This document shows positions 1 through 9,579 of a stretch of 31,400 nucleotides of DNA, piece by piece. The stretch comes from Candidatus Thorarchaeota archaeon (GTDB lineage Archaea; Asgardarchaeota; Thorarchaeia; Thorarchaeales; Thorarchaeaceae), in contig CP070761.1 of the NCBI GenBank assembly GCA_020348985.1, positions 1,394,845 to 1,426,244 of the forward strand. Direction: 5' to 3'. The position numbers and the translations under genes were made by a program. How positions within the stretch are numbered: the first letter of the stretch is position 1; each line of letters starts with the position of its first letter. The notes under the pieces were generated by a model, which saw only the letters and a list, made by a program, of their open reading frames with translations, was not told where the DNA came from and made no database searches.

Positions 1-35
1 TCGAATTCGAGATACAGTGGGTACGCAATGAAATA

Positions 36-1406
36 ATGGAGGAATTGGATTTGATTCATCCTACTGACTATAGATACAAGGTCAAGGATCTTGAGGATTA
101 TCTCTCCCCGGCTTCTCTGCTTCGATATCAGCTCAGAGTCGAAATAGCATTTATCGCAGCGCTTGCGCGACTGGATGTTTGCTCTGAGGCTGTGCTTAAA
201 GAATATGTCAGCGCAGAGTCTGCAGTGACTCATGAGAGAGTATCACAACTTGAGTCTGAGCTCAAACACGATGTTAGGGCAATGGTAGAAGCCTTGAAAG
301 AACAAGTGTCGCCGGAAGCAAGACCTTACTGTCATCTCGGTCTCACTTCAAGTGACACAAATGTGAATGCTGTTGTTCTGTTGATACGTGAGGTCACCAA
401 TGATCTTCTTCAGCCAGCTCTCAGAGAATTGCTAACATTGCTCATACACATTGCTCGACAACATCGTGACCAAGTACAGATGGGAAGGACACACGGTCAA
501 CATGCTGAACCGACAACTTTCGGCTATGTTATCGCAAATTACATCGAACGCATTGGGAGAGGAATTGTCCGAATCAAGCAAGCCCAGACAGAGTTGAGGG
601 GTAAGATTGGAGGTGCAGTGGGCACTCGTGCAGGGCTGAATTTGATAGCAGACCCGCATAAACTTGAGGCCGAAACACTTGCCGAACTTGGCTTGTCAGG
701 TGTTGACGCACCTTCTCAAATAGCAAATCAAGAGGAGCTCTGCAATTTCTACAGCCAGCTTGTTCTAGTCCTAGGAACTGTGGCAGATATGGCGAATGAC
801 TTTCGTCAGCTGCAGCGAACTGAGATAGCAGAAATCTTTGAAGGGACTGAGGAAGCTCAAGTCGGCTCTTCAACAATGCCTCAGAAAAGGAACCCCATCG
901 GATGGGAGAACATCGTATCTCATTACAAACTGACAGTCCCCAGACTAGTTACATCCTACATGAATCTGATATCCGAGCATCAACGAGACCTGACGGATTC
1001 TGCGGCAAACCGCTATCTTCTGGCAGAGATCCTGAACACATTCCTCTACACCATCAGTCGCGCAACCTTTCTCTTGGAGAACATGAGAGTGGACGGAGAG
1101 CGAATGAGGGAGAACATCGCTTTGAATAGGTCATTTGAGATTGCAGAGCCTGCGTACATTCTGCTAGCTCTGAGTGGAGTTGAAGACGCTCATCATGTGA
1201 TTCGGAACATTGTGCAAGAAGCACGTGAGAAGGATCTCTCTTTCAAAGAAATGCTTGATTCGAATGAATCACTTATCAGGAGCTTGGATTCCATCAGCGC
1301 CGTGAAGAAAAGCGTCATAGAGGACTCCTGTACTTACATTGGCCGAGCATCTGAGATTACCGAATCAGTTTGTTGTGCCTGGGAGAACTATCTTCGAGAG
1401 GAATGA
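36..1406 (+). CDS. purB: Adenylosuccinate lyase
   Basis: Fumarase/lyase signature GSSTMPQKRNP, GRTHGQHAEPTT, HLGLTSSD, KHDV; directly upstream of purA. Confidence 0.95.
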   Translation: MEELDLIHPTDYRYKVKDLEDYLSPASLLRYQLRVEIAFIAALARLDVCSEAVLKEYVSAESAVTHERVSQLESELKHDVRAMVEALKEQVSPEARPYCHLGLTSSDTNVNAVVLLIREVTNDLLQPALRELLTLLIHIARQHRDQVQMGRTHGQHAEPTTFGYVIANYIERIGRGIVRIKQAQTELRGKIGGAVGTRAGLNLIADPHKLEAETLAELGLSGVDAPSQIANQEELCNFYSQLVLVLGTVADMANDFRQLQRTEIAEIFEGTEEAQVGSSTMPQKRNPIGWENIVSHYKLTVPRLVTSYMNLISEHQRDLTDSAANRYLLAEILNTFLYTISRATFLLENMRVDGERMRENIALNRSFEIAEPAYILLALSGVEDAHHVIRNIVQEAREKDLSFKEMLDSNESLIRSLDSISAVKKSVIEDSCTYIGRASEITESVCCAWENYLREE

Positions 1407-1412
1407 AGCTGA

Positions 1413-2675
1413 ATGCCGTCTGTCGTCATTGTTGGAACTCAATGGGGAGACGAAGGCAAAGGAAAGGTCGTTGACTATTGCGCACAGGATGCTGACTATG
1501 TTGTGCGTTATCAGGGAGGGGCAAATGCAGGCCATACCATTGTTACTGACAATAGAGTTCTGAAGCTTCAACTGATCCCGTCCGGCGTCCTCACTGGAAA
1601 GAAAGTGCTCATAGGTGCAGGGGTCGTCGTTGACCCTCTGATTCTCATTGACGAAATAGACAAGATTGAGGCGCAAGGGATTTCGGCCAACCTTACAATC
1701 TCAGGCAAGGCACACATAACTCTGCCTTACCATAACCTTCTAGATAGCAGCTGGGAGCAGTCGAGGGAAGATGGAAAGATTGGTACCACAAAGAGAGGAA
1801 TTGGTCCTACCTATGCTGACAAGATGCAGCGTCATGGAATCAGGTTTTCAGAACTAATGGAGAACAGGTTCGAAGCGAGAGTCAGGTCCAACGCAGAAAT
1901 AGCAAACAGATACTTTGAGGCCGTTCTTCGCGTAGACCAAAAGATTGACCCTGAAGAGATGGTTCAAATCTGTCGAGATGTTGGAGCTCGCTTGAGAAAG
2001 TTTGTTGGTGATGTCAGTGCAGCAGTCGATTCTGCACTGGAATCCGGACAGCGAGTGATCTTCGAGGGTGCTCAAGGCACAATGTTGGACATCGATCACG
2101 GCACCTACCCATTTGTGACTTCGTCAAACCCAACAGCGGGTGGTGCGTGTACAGGGGTTGGGATTGGTCCCACCATGATCAATGATGTATTGGGGGTCTG
2201 TAAGGCATATTCAACTCGAGTGGGGGAAGGCCCGTTTCCAACCGAGCTCCATGACTCAACCGGCGAAAGGCTTCGTGAGGCAGGCGGAGAATTCGGTACT
2301 GTGACTGGAAGACCCCGTCGATGTGGATGGCTTGATCTTAACATCATCCGTTATGCAAAGCGGATCAATGGGCTCACGGGCCTTGCCCTCACGAAGCTGG
2401 ATGTTCTTACTGGTCTTGGAGAGTTGAGAGTCTGTGTGGCGTACCGTCACGGTGGACGTGAAATCCGCGATGTCACTGTTCACGGTCTGGAAGATTGTGA
2501 GCCAGTTTATCTCAACTTAGATGGATGGGACACTCTATTCAAGGGTGATGAACTTGGTCGTGCCGCAAATGCGTATGTTGAGAGGATCGAGAAAGAGGTC
2601 AATCTTCCTGTTTACTATATATCAACTGGGCCAAAAAGAGATGAGATGATTTGTCGAAGAAGCGTGTGGTCATAA
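1413..2675 (+). CDS. purA: Adenylosuccinate synthetase (long, 420 aa form)
   Basis: QWGDEGKGK, GGANAGHT, IGTTKRGIGPTY, EGAQG, GTYPFVTSS, EFGTVTGRPRRCGWLD, TKLD. Confidence 0.97.
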   Translation: MPSVVIVGTQWGDEGKGKVVDYCAQDADYVVRYQGGANAGHTIVTDNRVLKLQLIPSGVLTGKKVLIGAGVVVDPLILIDEIDKIEAQGISANLTISGKAHITLPYHNLLDSSWEQSREDGKIGTTKRGIGPTYADKMQRHGIRFSELMENRFEARVRSNAEIANRYFEAVLRVDQKIDPEEMVQICRDVGARLRKFVGDVSAAVDSALESGQRVIFEGAQGTMLDIDHGTYPFVTSSNPTAGGACTGVGIGPTMINDVLGVCKAYSTRVGEGPFPTELHDSTGERLREAGGEFGTVTGRPRRCGWLDLNIIRYAKRINGLTGLALTKLDVLTGLGELRVCVAYRHGGREIRDVTVHGLEDCEPVYLNLDGWDTLFKGDELGRAANAYVERIEKEVNLPVYYISTGPKRDEMICRRSVWS

Positions 2676-4009
2676 TTGGTGGAGGACCCTCAGGGCTCTT
2701 TGCAGCCTACAAGCTGGCTGGTCATGCAGACGTAACTGTCCTTGATGCAGGCAAGATGCCCGCTCAACGAGATTGTTCTTCCCAACAGACATTGTGGTGC
2801 AGACAGTGCAATCCCTGTAATGTTGTTGCAGGATTCGGAGGTGCAGGACTACTCTCTTCAGGAATGCTGAATCTCACGACAAACATAGGGTTCCCGGATA
2901 AAACGGTAAACGCAATAGGCCTCGAAAGGACGCGGGAACTGATTGATGAAGTGGATAGGATCTTCCTTGAACACGGTGCTCCCCTCAAGTCCTATGACCC
3001 AGATGAGCGTTTCAATGGATGGGAGAAGAGGGCAGCCGAGGCTGGTTTGAAGTTCATCGTCGCGAAACAGCGATTGATTGGCACTGATAATTCAACACGT
3101 ATTATCGAATCATTGATGGAATGGCTGAAGAAGAAAGATGTGAGAATCGAGTCAAGGAAGCGCGTGGAAGACATCGAACCAGGCATGTTGATTGCGAACA
3201 ACAAGGTGTTTGAATATGACATGTGTCTGGTGGCGCCTGGAAGGTATGGAATGGCGTGGCTCGAAAAAAAGATGTTCAGACTTGGGGTTCATCTTCACCA
3301 TTCTCCAGTAGACCTCGGCGTACGAGTGGAAGTGCCTGCAGCGGTGATGGATGACATTTGTTCTCTCCAGCGCGATCCAAAGATTCGAGTTCGAACACGC
3401 AAGTATGACGATCTTGTGCGAACATTCTGTGTGAATCACAATGGGTGGGTTGTGAGAGAGCAATACGACACGCATGCATGCGTCAACGGACACTCATTCT
3501 CGAACAAGGAATCAGGCAATTCCAACTTCGCGTTCCTTGTGACTGTTCAGCTCACAGCGCCGACTGAAGACACGACAAAATACGCGAGATCCATCGCAGA
3601 GCAGGTAACTCTCCTCGGTGGCGGGAAACCCATTGTACAGAGAATAGCAGATCTCGAGAATCATAGACGCTCAACCACTGAACGGATCAAGAATGCGAAC
3701 ATTGAACCTACTCTCCAGGACGTTACGCCCGGAGACATATCGATGGTGTTTCCCAAGCGGCTCACAGACAACATACTTGAGGGACTTCAGAGTCTGAACA
3801 GAATGATACCTGGAGTCTACTCGGGCACTACCCTGCTCTATGCACCCGAAATCAAATACAGTGCGATGACAGTAGAGACCAACGACCATTTCGAAACAAG
3901 TGCAGATGGCATATATGTCGCAGGTGACGGTGCCGGTTTGAGCCGTGGTATAGTTCCTGCAGCAGTGACCGGTCTTTGGGCTGCCGAAGATATACTCTCA
4001 AAGCTATGA
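2651..4009 (+). CDS. FAD-dependent oxidoreductase (COG2509-like uncharacterised flavoprotein) with N-terminal Cys cluster
   Basis: GGGPSG dinucleotide-binding motif, CX7CX2CX2C, GFGGAG, GVRVE, VRTFC, VNGHS, PEIK, AGDGAG; TTG start overlaps the end of purA by 25 nt. Confidence 0.85.
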   Translation: MSKKRVVIIGGGPSGLFAAYKLAGHADVTVLDAGKMPAQRDCSSQQTLWCRQCNPCNVVAGFGGAGLLSSGMLNLTTNIGFPDKTVNAIGLERTRELIDEVDRIFLEHGAPLKSYDPDERFNGWEKRAAEAGLKFIVAKQRLIGTDNSTRIIESLMEWLKKKDVRIESRKRVEDIEPGMLIANNKVFEYDMCLVAPGRYGMAWLEKKMFRLGVHLHHSPVDLGVRVEVPAAVMDDICSLQRDPKIRVRTRKYDDLVRTFCVNHNGWVVREQYDTHACVNGHSFSNKESGNSNFAFLVTVQLTAPTEDTTKYARSIAEQVTLLGGGKPIVQRIADLENHRRSTTERIKNANIEPTLQDVTPGDISMVFPKRLTDNILEGLQSLNRMIPGVYSGTTLLYAPEIKYSAMTVETNDHFETSADGIYVAGDGAGLSRGIVPAAVTGLWAAEDILSKL

Positions 4010-4076
4010 GGGTGAATAGACTCTGGCACACCAAAAGAATCAATGAGGAGGACCAGTCCTCCTCTCAAGATTCGTT

Positions 4077-4910
4077 TCAACTAACGGTTTGTCTCTCAGA
4101 GCGGGATAGATTCTGAGGCCGATACACAATGACGATTAGTAGAACCAACACCATCACAAACATGCTGATGATTCCGGCTGTTAGTCCTGCAGCTTGTCCG
4201 ACTGCCGCCGTGAATAGGTTGTACGTGCCATGCCACATGGCGACCATCAGTATGCTTCCCTTGCTGCTGTTGTAGAGCCAAGTCAACAGAACTGAACCAA
4301 ACATCAGTCCAATCACCCAGAAGATGATACCAATTGGTCCAAGCGACATGAGGTTCTCATTGTAAAGAAACATGGGCACGTGCCATCCTGCCCAAATGGG
4401 ACCCGTGATCAACGCGGAAGTCAAAGCGCTGTACTTGCTTTGTAGACGAGGCAGCAGGAAGCCTCTCCATCCCGTTTCCTCTCCAATTCCGTAGGTGAAA
4501 ACCCAGAGTGCCCATGCTCCGACGAACGTTAGGTAGGGCAAGTACATGACTTGTCCAAATAGACCTACGTCAGGCCAAGGCTGATCCATCATTACGATGA
4601 TTGCACCTGAGACGATGTAGAGCGCCCAAACGGAGAATAGAGCAACCGCAATCCATACCGGTCTGACCCTCCACCTCGACATCCTACCTAGGATCTCTCG
4701 AAGGCCATCAGTGCCCCTCTCTAGCCAAGTCACAACCAATGCACCAAGCATGGGTCCGAATGGCAACAAGAAGTGGAGGGGGAAAGGAAAGCCTGTGGTG
4801 ATGATCCCATAGTAGGAAAGGACTAGTGGAGTCGCCATGAGCCACGTCAAACCATAGGCCAATAGTATGTATGCAACCAACACGTTGCGCAGAACCCATT
4901 GTCTGACCAT
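4077..4910 (-). CDS. CPBP (Abi/CAAX-like) intramembrane glutamic endopeptidase
   Basis: EETGWRGF (EExxxR), WAGWH and HGTYN motifs, multiple TM helices; ATG at 4910 overlaps the upstream TGA (TGATG). The ORF track starts at GTG 4913. Confidence 0.92.
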   Translation of the reverse strand: MVRQWVLRNVLVAYILLAYGLTWLMATPLVLSYYGIITTGFPFPLHFLLPFGPMLGALVVTWLERGTDGLREILGRMSRWRVRPVWIAVALFSVWALYIVSGAIIVMMDQPWPDVGLFGQVMYLPYLTFVGAWALWVFTYGIGEETGWRGFLLPRLQSKYSALTSALITGPIWAGWHVPMFLYNENLMSLGPIGIIFWVIGLMFGSVLLTWLYNSSKGSILMVAMWHGTYNLFTAAVGQAAGLTAGIISMFVMVLVLLIVIVYRPQNLSRSERQTVS

Positions 4911-5455
4911 CACGCATTCCTCCTGGCTATCACTTGAACGACTTCAGGACTCACCAGTCTTTCAGAAGGAATGGTAACCTTGTAGCGGGCAGAAGTAGGA
5001 TCCTTCCTAAGCTGATTCATTCCAATGCCTAGTCCATAGACATAGACTGTCTTCCTTGGTCTAATCCTGATGACTACCAAGTCGTGCATTGCTTCAGAGT
5101 CCACCTGGAGGCTTGCACGCTGAAACGCCCACTGAACGTCTTCGTCATCGAGGGGCACAAAGTCTGCGGTACCCCTGAACATTACGTAGCTATCAGGCAC
5201 AAACCTGAGATAGTAATGCGGGAATGTCACTGTCAATGAGACTTCCTGGTTCTTCTTAATGTGTCTCACCTTGGCAGCTTTCGCCTGAGTAATGACATAG
5301 AGCGCGAACTCAGAATCTGGATGTGACACGCCGTACATGATTCCGGTGGAGTGGGGTCTTCCCTTTGAGTCTACTACGCCGAGCACGCCAAACTTCCTTT
5401 TTCGGACTGCTTCTTCAACAAATCCGAACGATTGTTTGCTTCCTTCTTTAATCAT
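4910..5455 (-). CDS. Pyridoxamine 5'-phosphate oxidase-like (FMN/F420 split-barrel) protein
   Basis: GVLGVVDSKGRPHST...AKVRHIKKNQEVSL pattern; translationally coupled to the CPBP gene. Alternative TTG start at 5461. Confidence 0.8.
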   Translation of the reverse strand: MIKEGSKQSFGFVEEAVRKRKFGVLGVVDSKGRPHSTGIMYGVSHPDSEFALYVITQAKAAKVRHIKKNQEVSLTVTFPHYYLRFVPDSYVMFRGTADFVPLDDEDVQWAFQRASLQVDSEAMHDLVVIRIRPRKTVYVYGLGIGMNQLRKDPTSARYKVTIPSERLVSPEVVQVIARRNA

Positions 5456-5587
5456 AATCAATCACTGTGTTCCATAGATGCCCAATACAAGAAGTAGGTT
5501 CGTAAGGATGAAGTATGATTTTTCACCATTGAGCTTGAATTATCAAGGTCTGGGCACCTTGGAGTATCAAAGGGAGACTGAACTAGA

Positions 5588-6109
5588 GTGAGAATTGTCC
5601 CGTTTGATGCGAACAAACACCGGAAGCAGTTCTTCGAGCTCAACGTCGAGTTCGTCACGTGGAGCCATGAGAAGATCCTTGAGCATCACAAAGTAGACAT
5701 GTCCGAGGGAACTGAGGGCAGTTCGCTTGAATATGTGGAGTCCATGATTGACGGCCTTTCAGCACTATCTCCGCCCGCAGGATTTGTCTATGTACTTGAA
5801 GCAGAGGATACTCTTGCTGGGATGATAGTTGCAAAGACCATAGAGGAGGGTGTTGGAGAGGTCAAGCGAATGTACATTCGTCCTGATTATCGTGGAATGG
5901 GTTACGGCAAGAAGATGCTCGAGACACTTGTCAATAGGGCTCAGGAGCTTGGCTACTCGAAGCTCCGCCTTGAAACAGCTGATTTCATGCCTGCTGCGCT
6001 GAAGATATACAAGGCGTCTGGATTCAAGGAGAGGGGACCGTATCCTGGTGGTGAAGTGCCCGAATGGTATCGAGCATACTGCATATTCATGGAGAAGACT
6101 CTGTCCTAG
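5588..6109 (+). CDS. GNAT family N-acetyltransferase
   Basis: EVKRMYIRPDYRGMGYG acetyl-CoA motif A, LRLET, ALKIYKASGF. Confidence 0.92.
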   Translation: MRIVPFDANKHRKQFFELNVEFVTWSHEKILEHHKVDMSEGTEGSSLEYVESMIDGLSALSPPAGFVYVLEAEDTLAGMIVAKTIEEGVGEVKRMYIRPDYRGMGYGKKMLETLVNRAQELGYSKLRLETADFMPAALKIYKASGFKERGPYPGGEVPEWYRAYCIFMEKTLS

Positions 6110-9100
6110 AACCCCTGTAGGAATACTGCATCTTCTGACCATCTTTCCTCCGAAGCAAATTCTCTGACACCCAATCGCTTCAAACTCTTCTTGATTCTAT
6201 CAGCGTCGGTGAGTTTCTCATTAGTTGAGTAGAGAACCAAAGCATTACTGAATGTGCGAATAAGGTCATTCTTGAAGACTCGGGGTTCTTTCTCTGCAAG
6301 CTCCTCCAGAATCTCAATTGCTTCCTTGTGGGCGTCTTCAGCTTGCGAAGACTTTCCGGCTCTCCTAGATAGAATCCCGAGATTGTTCAGAACAGATGCA
6401 ACTCTTGGCAAAAAGAAGTCGGGCGATCTTTCGACGTAGTCTCGACGGATCTTTAGAGATTCTTTGAACGAAGACTCTGCTTCTGCTATTCGGTCGGTTT
6501 CACAAAGGAGAACTCCCAGGTTGTTCAGAGAAGTGGCAACTCTACATCGGAACATTTCTGGCGATACAATGGAACGTTCTTTCCAACCATCGAGTGCCTC
6601 TCTAAGGAACTTCTCTGCATCATCCATTCGATTGTTTTTCCTATGGTGCAATCCCAAGTTATTGGCGACTGCTGAGAAGACGTCAGCCATGAATATAGTC
6701 TCCGGGAACTTGAGTGTCATTTCCCTTGCCAAACCATACGCCTCTTGAAGTGAGTCTGCCGCCTTCTCACTCTCATCCATAAGATAGCCAATTACACCAA
6801 GGCTGTTCAGAGCAGTTCCGAGTCTGTACACGAACCTATCTGGATTCTCCTTTGCAAGCTCCCTTAGGATTCCTTCCGATTCCAGACTCCTTTCCCTTGC
6901 TTCAGACAATTGGCCGAGCAGAGCCAAGAGAGTGGCGAAATCCCTCAGAACTCTAGCCAACATCTGGCGCCTTGTTGGATCGCCTTCATCAACTGATTTC
7001 CTAAACTCAGAGACTACTTGGTTCATTACCCTCTCTGCTTTACGGTATCGTCCTGTCAGGGCCAAGGGCGCCGCAGTATGACTAAGCATATTGGTAACAC
7101 CATATTGATAGTCTGGGTCCTTCCTGGCGAGTCTTTCTACCTTCTCTAGTTGCTCTTCAAAAATCCTGAAACTCTCATTGTGTCTTCTTTGAAACATGAG
7201 AATGTAGGCAAGTCGGAACCTCGCATCGTCTACTATTGCAGATTCATCACAAACTGCCAGAACAGCTTTCAGAACTTCAATGGCTTCATCTATTCGCCCT
7301 GATGCATAGAGAGCTTGGCTGAGACTGAGCTGTGAATATCGTAGCGTTGTTTCTCTTCTTCTGGCAGAAACTAACTCGGGTCTATCTGACTGTTTGTCGA
7401 GAAGTGAAATGGCCTCTCTAGTGAGTTCCTCTGCTTCTTCTAGACGATAGACTGATGCAAGATGTCGGCCCAGGATGTGTAGCGTGGACGTCAGGAACTC
7501 CTCTTTCATATATGATTCGTGTTTCCCCTTTGCTTCGGTTTCTTTCAGGATTTGCGAGGCTTTTCTGAAGGCAGCAAGGGCGTCATCAGACCTTTCTACG
7601 TCCTCGTAATAGCGGCCCTGAAACCACATGACTCGGCCAAGATACAGCCTCTTTTCTTGAGGTCCCCTATCGTAGAGGCTCTGCGCAATTTCTTGAGCAT
7701 TCCGTATTGCATCATCTGCTTCGGCGAATCTCATGACCATGCTGAAGGCATATCCTCTCCAAGTTTCTTTCACAATTCGACCTTCGGCCGATTCGATACT
7801 GAAAGCATCAAGCAGTCGCATTACGTTGGGGGTATCATATTCGAAGAGGAGCGAAAATACGAGCTGATCGATATCTTTGAGCGCTTCAGGTTCTTCTGCA
7901 AGAGCCTTGGCTGACAGGCTTAGGCCTCGCAAAGTATAGTCCGTCTCCTCTTTGGAGACCTCCTCCAAGCGGTTGCCAACGTCAAGAGCCAGATTCTTCA
8001 CATTCTTGCCAAGCTCTGCCATCACCAAGTCCTTAGCCAGTTTGTGAAGTACGAAGGTCTTGTCGTCTCTTTCATTCAAGAAGCTTAATTGCAGGAATCG
8101 ATTCAAACTGTCCGAGGTGATTTCTGGAGCAATGGCAGACATAATTCTTTCATCGAAGTACGGAACTACTCCTGCTCGGTTGATCAAATCAAGCAGCCCT
8201 TCGGCCTGACTGAATAGCCTTCTCCATACCTTCAGTCGGACTTCCGGAAGCGTTCCTGCGCGAAGGTCTTCAATGTCATCAACAGAGACCTCGCTCGTTT
8301 CTATCATGTCACAAATCGCTTCGATGACAAATGGATTGCCTCCGCTTACATTGACAATCTCACTCTGAAGCTTGTTGTCATTCACTCCGTGTTCCTCAAG
8401 AAGATGGACACTGCTCGCTGAATCAAGCTCAACCAATTCCTGCTCTTCGAACTCAAGCTCCTTGAGTGAGGTCTTTGGAGCAGCGTGTCTGCTTGCCATG
8501 ACCCCCACGGAATTCTTGGCTGATGAAAGAAAGACAAACCATAGTTCAGCTTCGGTTATGTTCTTGCTACGGTATCTCCATTGTTTCTGCTCATCATCTA
8601 CGTACTCAAAGTGATCTAGCAGAATCAAGAGAGGACTTTCTCTTTCCCTGCGGTTGTTCAAGTCTTCTAGCAGTGCATCAAGATAGATGAATTCGGCATG
8701 TCTCGGTTCTTTCCAAAGTATTTCCAATAATCGCCCAATGTAATCTTCCCCAAGTCGTGTCTGTAGCCAATTCGCAACATCCCCGTACTTCGATTTGAAC
8801 TTCGGTGCTACCTTCTGGCCAACGGCAGTTATCGCACTGGCGATACTCGCAAGACTACCTATGAATGGTATTGCCACAAGGACTTCTTTTGCCCACTCGC
8901 GACCTGGTTCTTTCGCTGGTTCTACTCCTTCGAAGAAGCGCTTCCTGATGTGCCACAGTGTGTCAAATCTTCGAAGTTGGATGCCCAAACGTACTACTGC
9001 CCTTGCTAGCGTATCCAATCGACTGAAGAATTCGGTGTGTTGTTCGCAATCTAGGCGAATCGTCGAATCAATGGATCTCCGCCAGTATTCCATGAGGGAA

Positions 9101-9240
9101 CTCTTTCCAATTCCGCCTATTCCTCTTATGTGCAAAACAACGCTCTTTTTCTTGCAGCGTTGAAGGGCTTGGTCCATCCAGTCGATATACTCCTCTCTAT
9201 CCACGAACACCTTCTCGGAGGGTTCAAAGTACTCGTACAA
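6106..9240 (-). CDS. STAND-like P-loop NTPase with C-terminal TPR array
   Basis: FVDREE, Walker A GIGGIGKS, Walker B LLILLDHFE, GGNPF (GxP), repeated AxxLNNLG TPR units. TTG 9240 chosen as start; the ORF is open to GTG 9297. Confidence 0.88.
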   Translation of the reverse strand: MYEYFEPSEKVFVDREEYIDWMDQALQRCKKKSVVLHIRGIGGIGKSSLMEYWRRSIDSTIRLDCEQHTEFFSRLDTLARAVVRLGIQLRRFDTLWHIRKRFFEGVEPAKEPGREWAKEVLVAIPFIGSLASIASAITAVGQKVAPKFKSKYGDVANWLQTRLGEDYIGRLLEILWKEPRHAEFIYLDALLEDLNNRRERESPLLILLDHFEYVDDEQKQWRYRSKNITEAELWFVFLSSAKNSVGVMASRHAAPKTSLKELEFEEQELVELDSASSVHLLEEHGVNDNKLQSEIVNVSGGNPFVIEAICDMIETSEVSVDDIEDLRAGTLPEVRLKVWRRLFSQAEGLLDLINRAGVVPYFDERIMSAIAPEITSDSLNRFLQLSFLNERDDKTFVLHKLAKDLVMAELGKNVKNLALDVGNRLEEVSKEETDYTLRGLSLSAKALAEEPEALKDIDQLVFSLLFEYDTPNVMRLLDAFSIESAEGRIVKETWRGYAFSMVMRFAEADDAIRNAQEIAQSLYDRGPQEKRLYLGRVMWFQGRYYEDVERSDDALAAFRKASQILKETEAKGKHESYMKEEFLTSTLHILGRHLASVYRLEEAEELTREAISLLDKQSDRPELVSARRRETTLRYSQLSLSQALYASGRIDEAIEVLKAVLAVCDESAIVDDARFRLAYILMFQRRHNESFRIFEEQLEKVERLARKDPDYQYGVTNMLSHTAAPLALTGRYRKAERVMNQVVSEFRKSVDEGDPTRRQMLARVLRDFATLLALLGQLSEARERSLESEGILRELAKENPDRFVYRLGTALNSLGVIGYLMDESEKAADSLQEAYGLAREMTLKFPETIFMADVFSAVANNLGLHHRKNNRMDDAEKFLREALDGWKERSIVSPEMFRCRVATSLNNLGVLLCETDRIAEAESSFKESLKIRRDYVERSPDFFLPRVASVLNNLGILSRRAGKSSQAEDAHKEAIEILEELAEKEPRVFKNDLIRTFSNALVLYSTNEKLTDADRIKKSLKRLGVREFASEERWSEDAVFLQGF

Positions 9241-9579
9241 ACTCCAAGCCCCCAAACACGTGACGGATATGAATGACTCTGGTTTCAGATAAGCCACTCG
9301 GTGCCGAGGTCAAAGCCAAGGCGATTCCGCCTAGCCAGACGAATCCGTACTTGTGATCAACTATCCCAGTTCTCTCCCTTTGAAAGGTATGACTGCAAAA
9401 GACAGGCAGCTAGAGGAATGCAAATCCAAGACTAAGGAGAAATCTATAATATTCGAAAAGCAGTATTCGGACTCAACAAGGGTTCATCTCCCAATTCCAC
9501 TTCATCGAGCCAGATGCGGACTGACACAAAAGCAAATCCCGCTATCACAATCAATACAATCTGACTCAAGTTCGAGGTG

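Noticed and set aside
1413-2675. PurZ (Z-base synthesis) instead of PurA
   Set aside because: The catalytic Asp of GDEGKG is intact (PurZ has Ser), and no dATPase/MazZ or phage context is present.
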